A stretch of DNA of 53,412 bases, taken from positions 1-53,412 of the IMG/VR virus record IMGVR_UViG_3300032257_000017, one strand, 5' to 3'. Under the pieces are notes generated by a model, which made no database searches, was not told the origin of the DNA, and saw only the letters and a list, made by a program, of their open reading frames with translations. Numbering within the stretch: position 1 is the first letter of the stretch; every line of letters begins with the position of its first letter. Below are positions 53,394 through 53,412 of this stretch, in pieces. This DNA comes from a virus (taxonomy: Duplodnaviria; Caudoviricetes). The position numbers and the translations under genes are program-made.

Positions 53394-53412
53394 AATGATA
53401 CGGCGACCACCG
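53394..53412 (+). other. Illumina P5 adapter remnant
   Basis: AATGATACGGCGACCACCG is the first 19 nt of the P5 adapter. Confidence 0.97.

Overview
Essentially complete genome of a high-GC tailed dsDNA phage, circular or circularly permuted, 53,267 bp unique. Bases 1-126 are identical to 53268-53393, and the last 19 nt are Illumina P5 adapter. The minus strand carries a Mu-like head module: TerS, TerL, a DUF935/gp29-type portal, Mu-type protease/scaffold, cement and major capsid. It continues with neck genes, a tail tube, a tail chaperone with a -1 frameshift, a tape measure spanning the assembly junction, tail-tip and receptor-binding proteins, and a lysis cassette with an M15 peptidase. A divergent promoter pair at ~33.35 kb drives two arms. 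The leftward arm encodes a Cro-like protein, DUF262, a lambda-O-like initiator, a DnaC-like loader and many small ORFs. The rightward arm encodes MarR, a Gp3-like recombination protein, a DnaQ exonuclease, a Cas4/RecB-like nuclease, RusA and a DnaA-C-domain protein. I found no integrase, CI-like repressor, tRNA or CRISPR. Most notable: (1) The portal is a triple fusion of portal, 2H phosphoesterase (Acb1-like) and MuF-like domain. The 2H module is bracketed by an exact in-frame 14-bp direct repeat encoding VAAAE/VAAAD, a motif class that recurs at domain boundaries of the portal and protease/scaffold. This suggests a virion-packaged, protease-released anti-defence enzyme. (2) A family of repeated promoter plus CTGGAGG leader-hairpin cassettes drives small ORFs inserted antisense inside the virion modules. 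(3) Several genes appear to be transcribed as leaderless mRNAs. (4) Two BldC/Xis-like paralogues sit near 10-bp-phased TGTACA repeats. (5) Short repeats at gene junctions suggest module shuffling. All protein calls come from motif recognition by eye; no database search was run.
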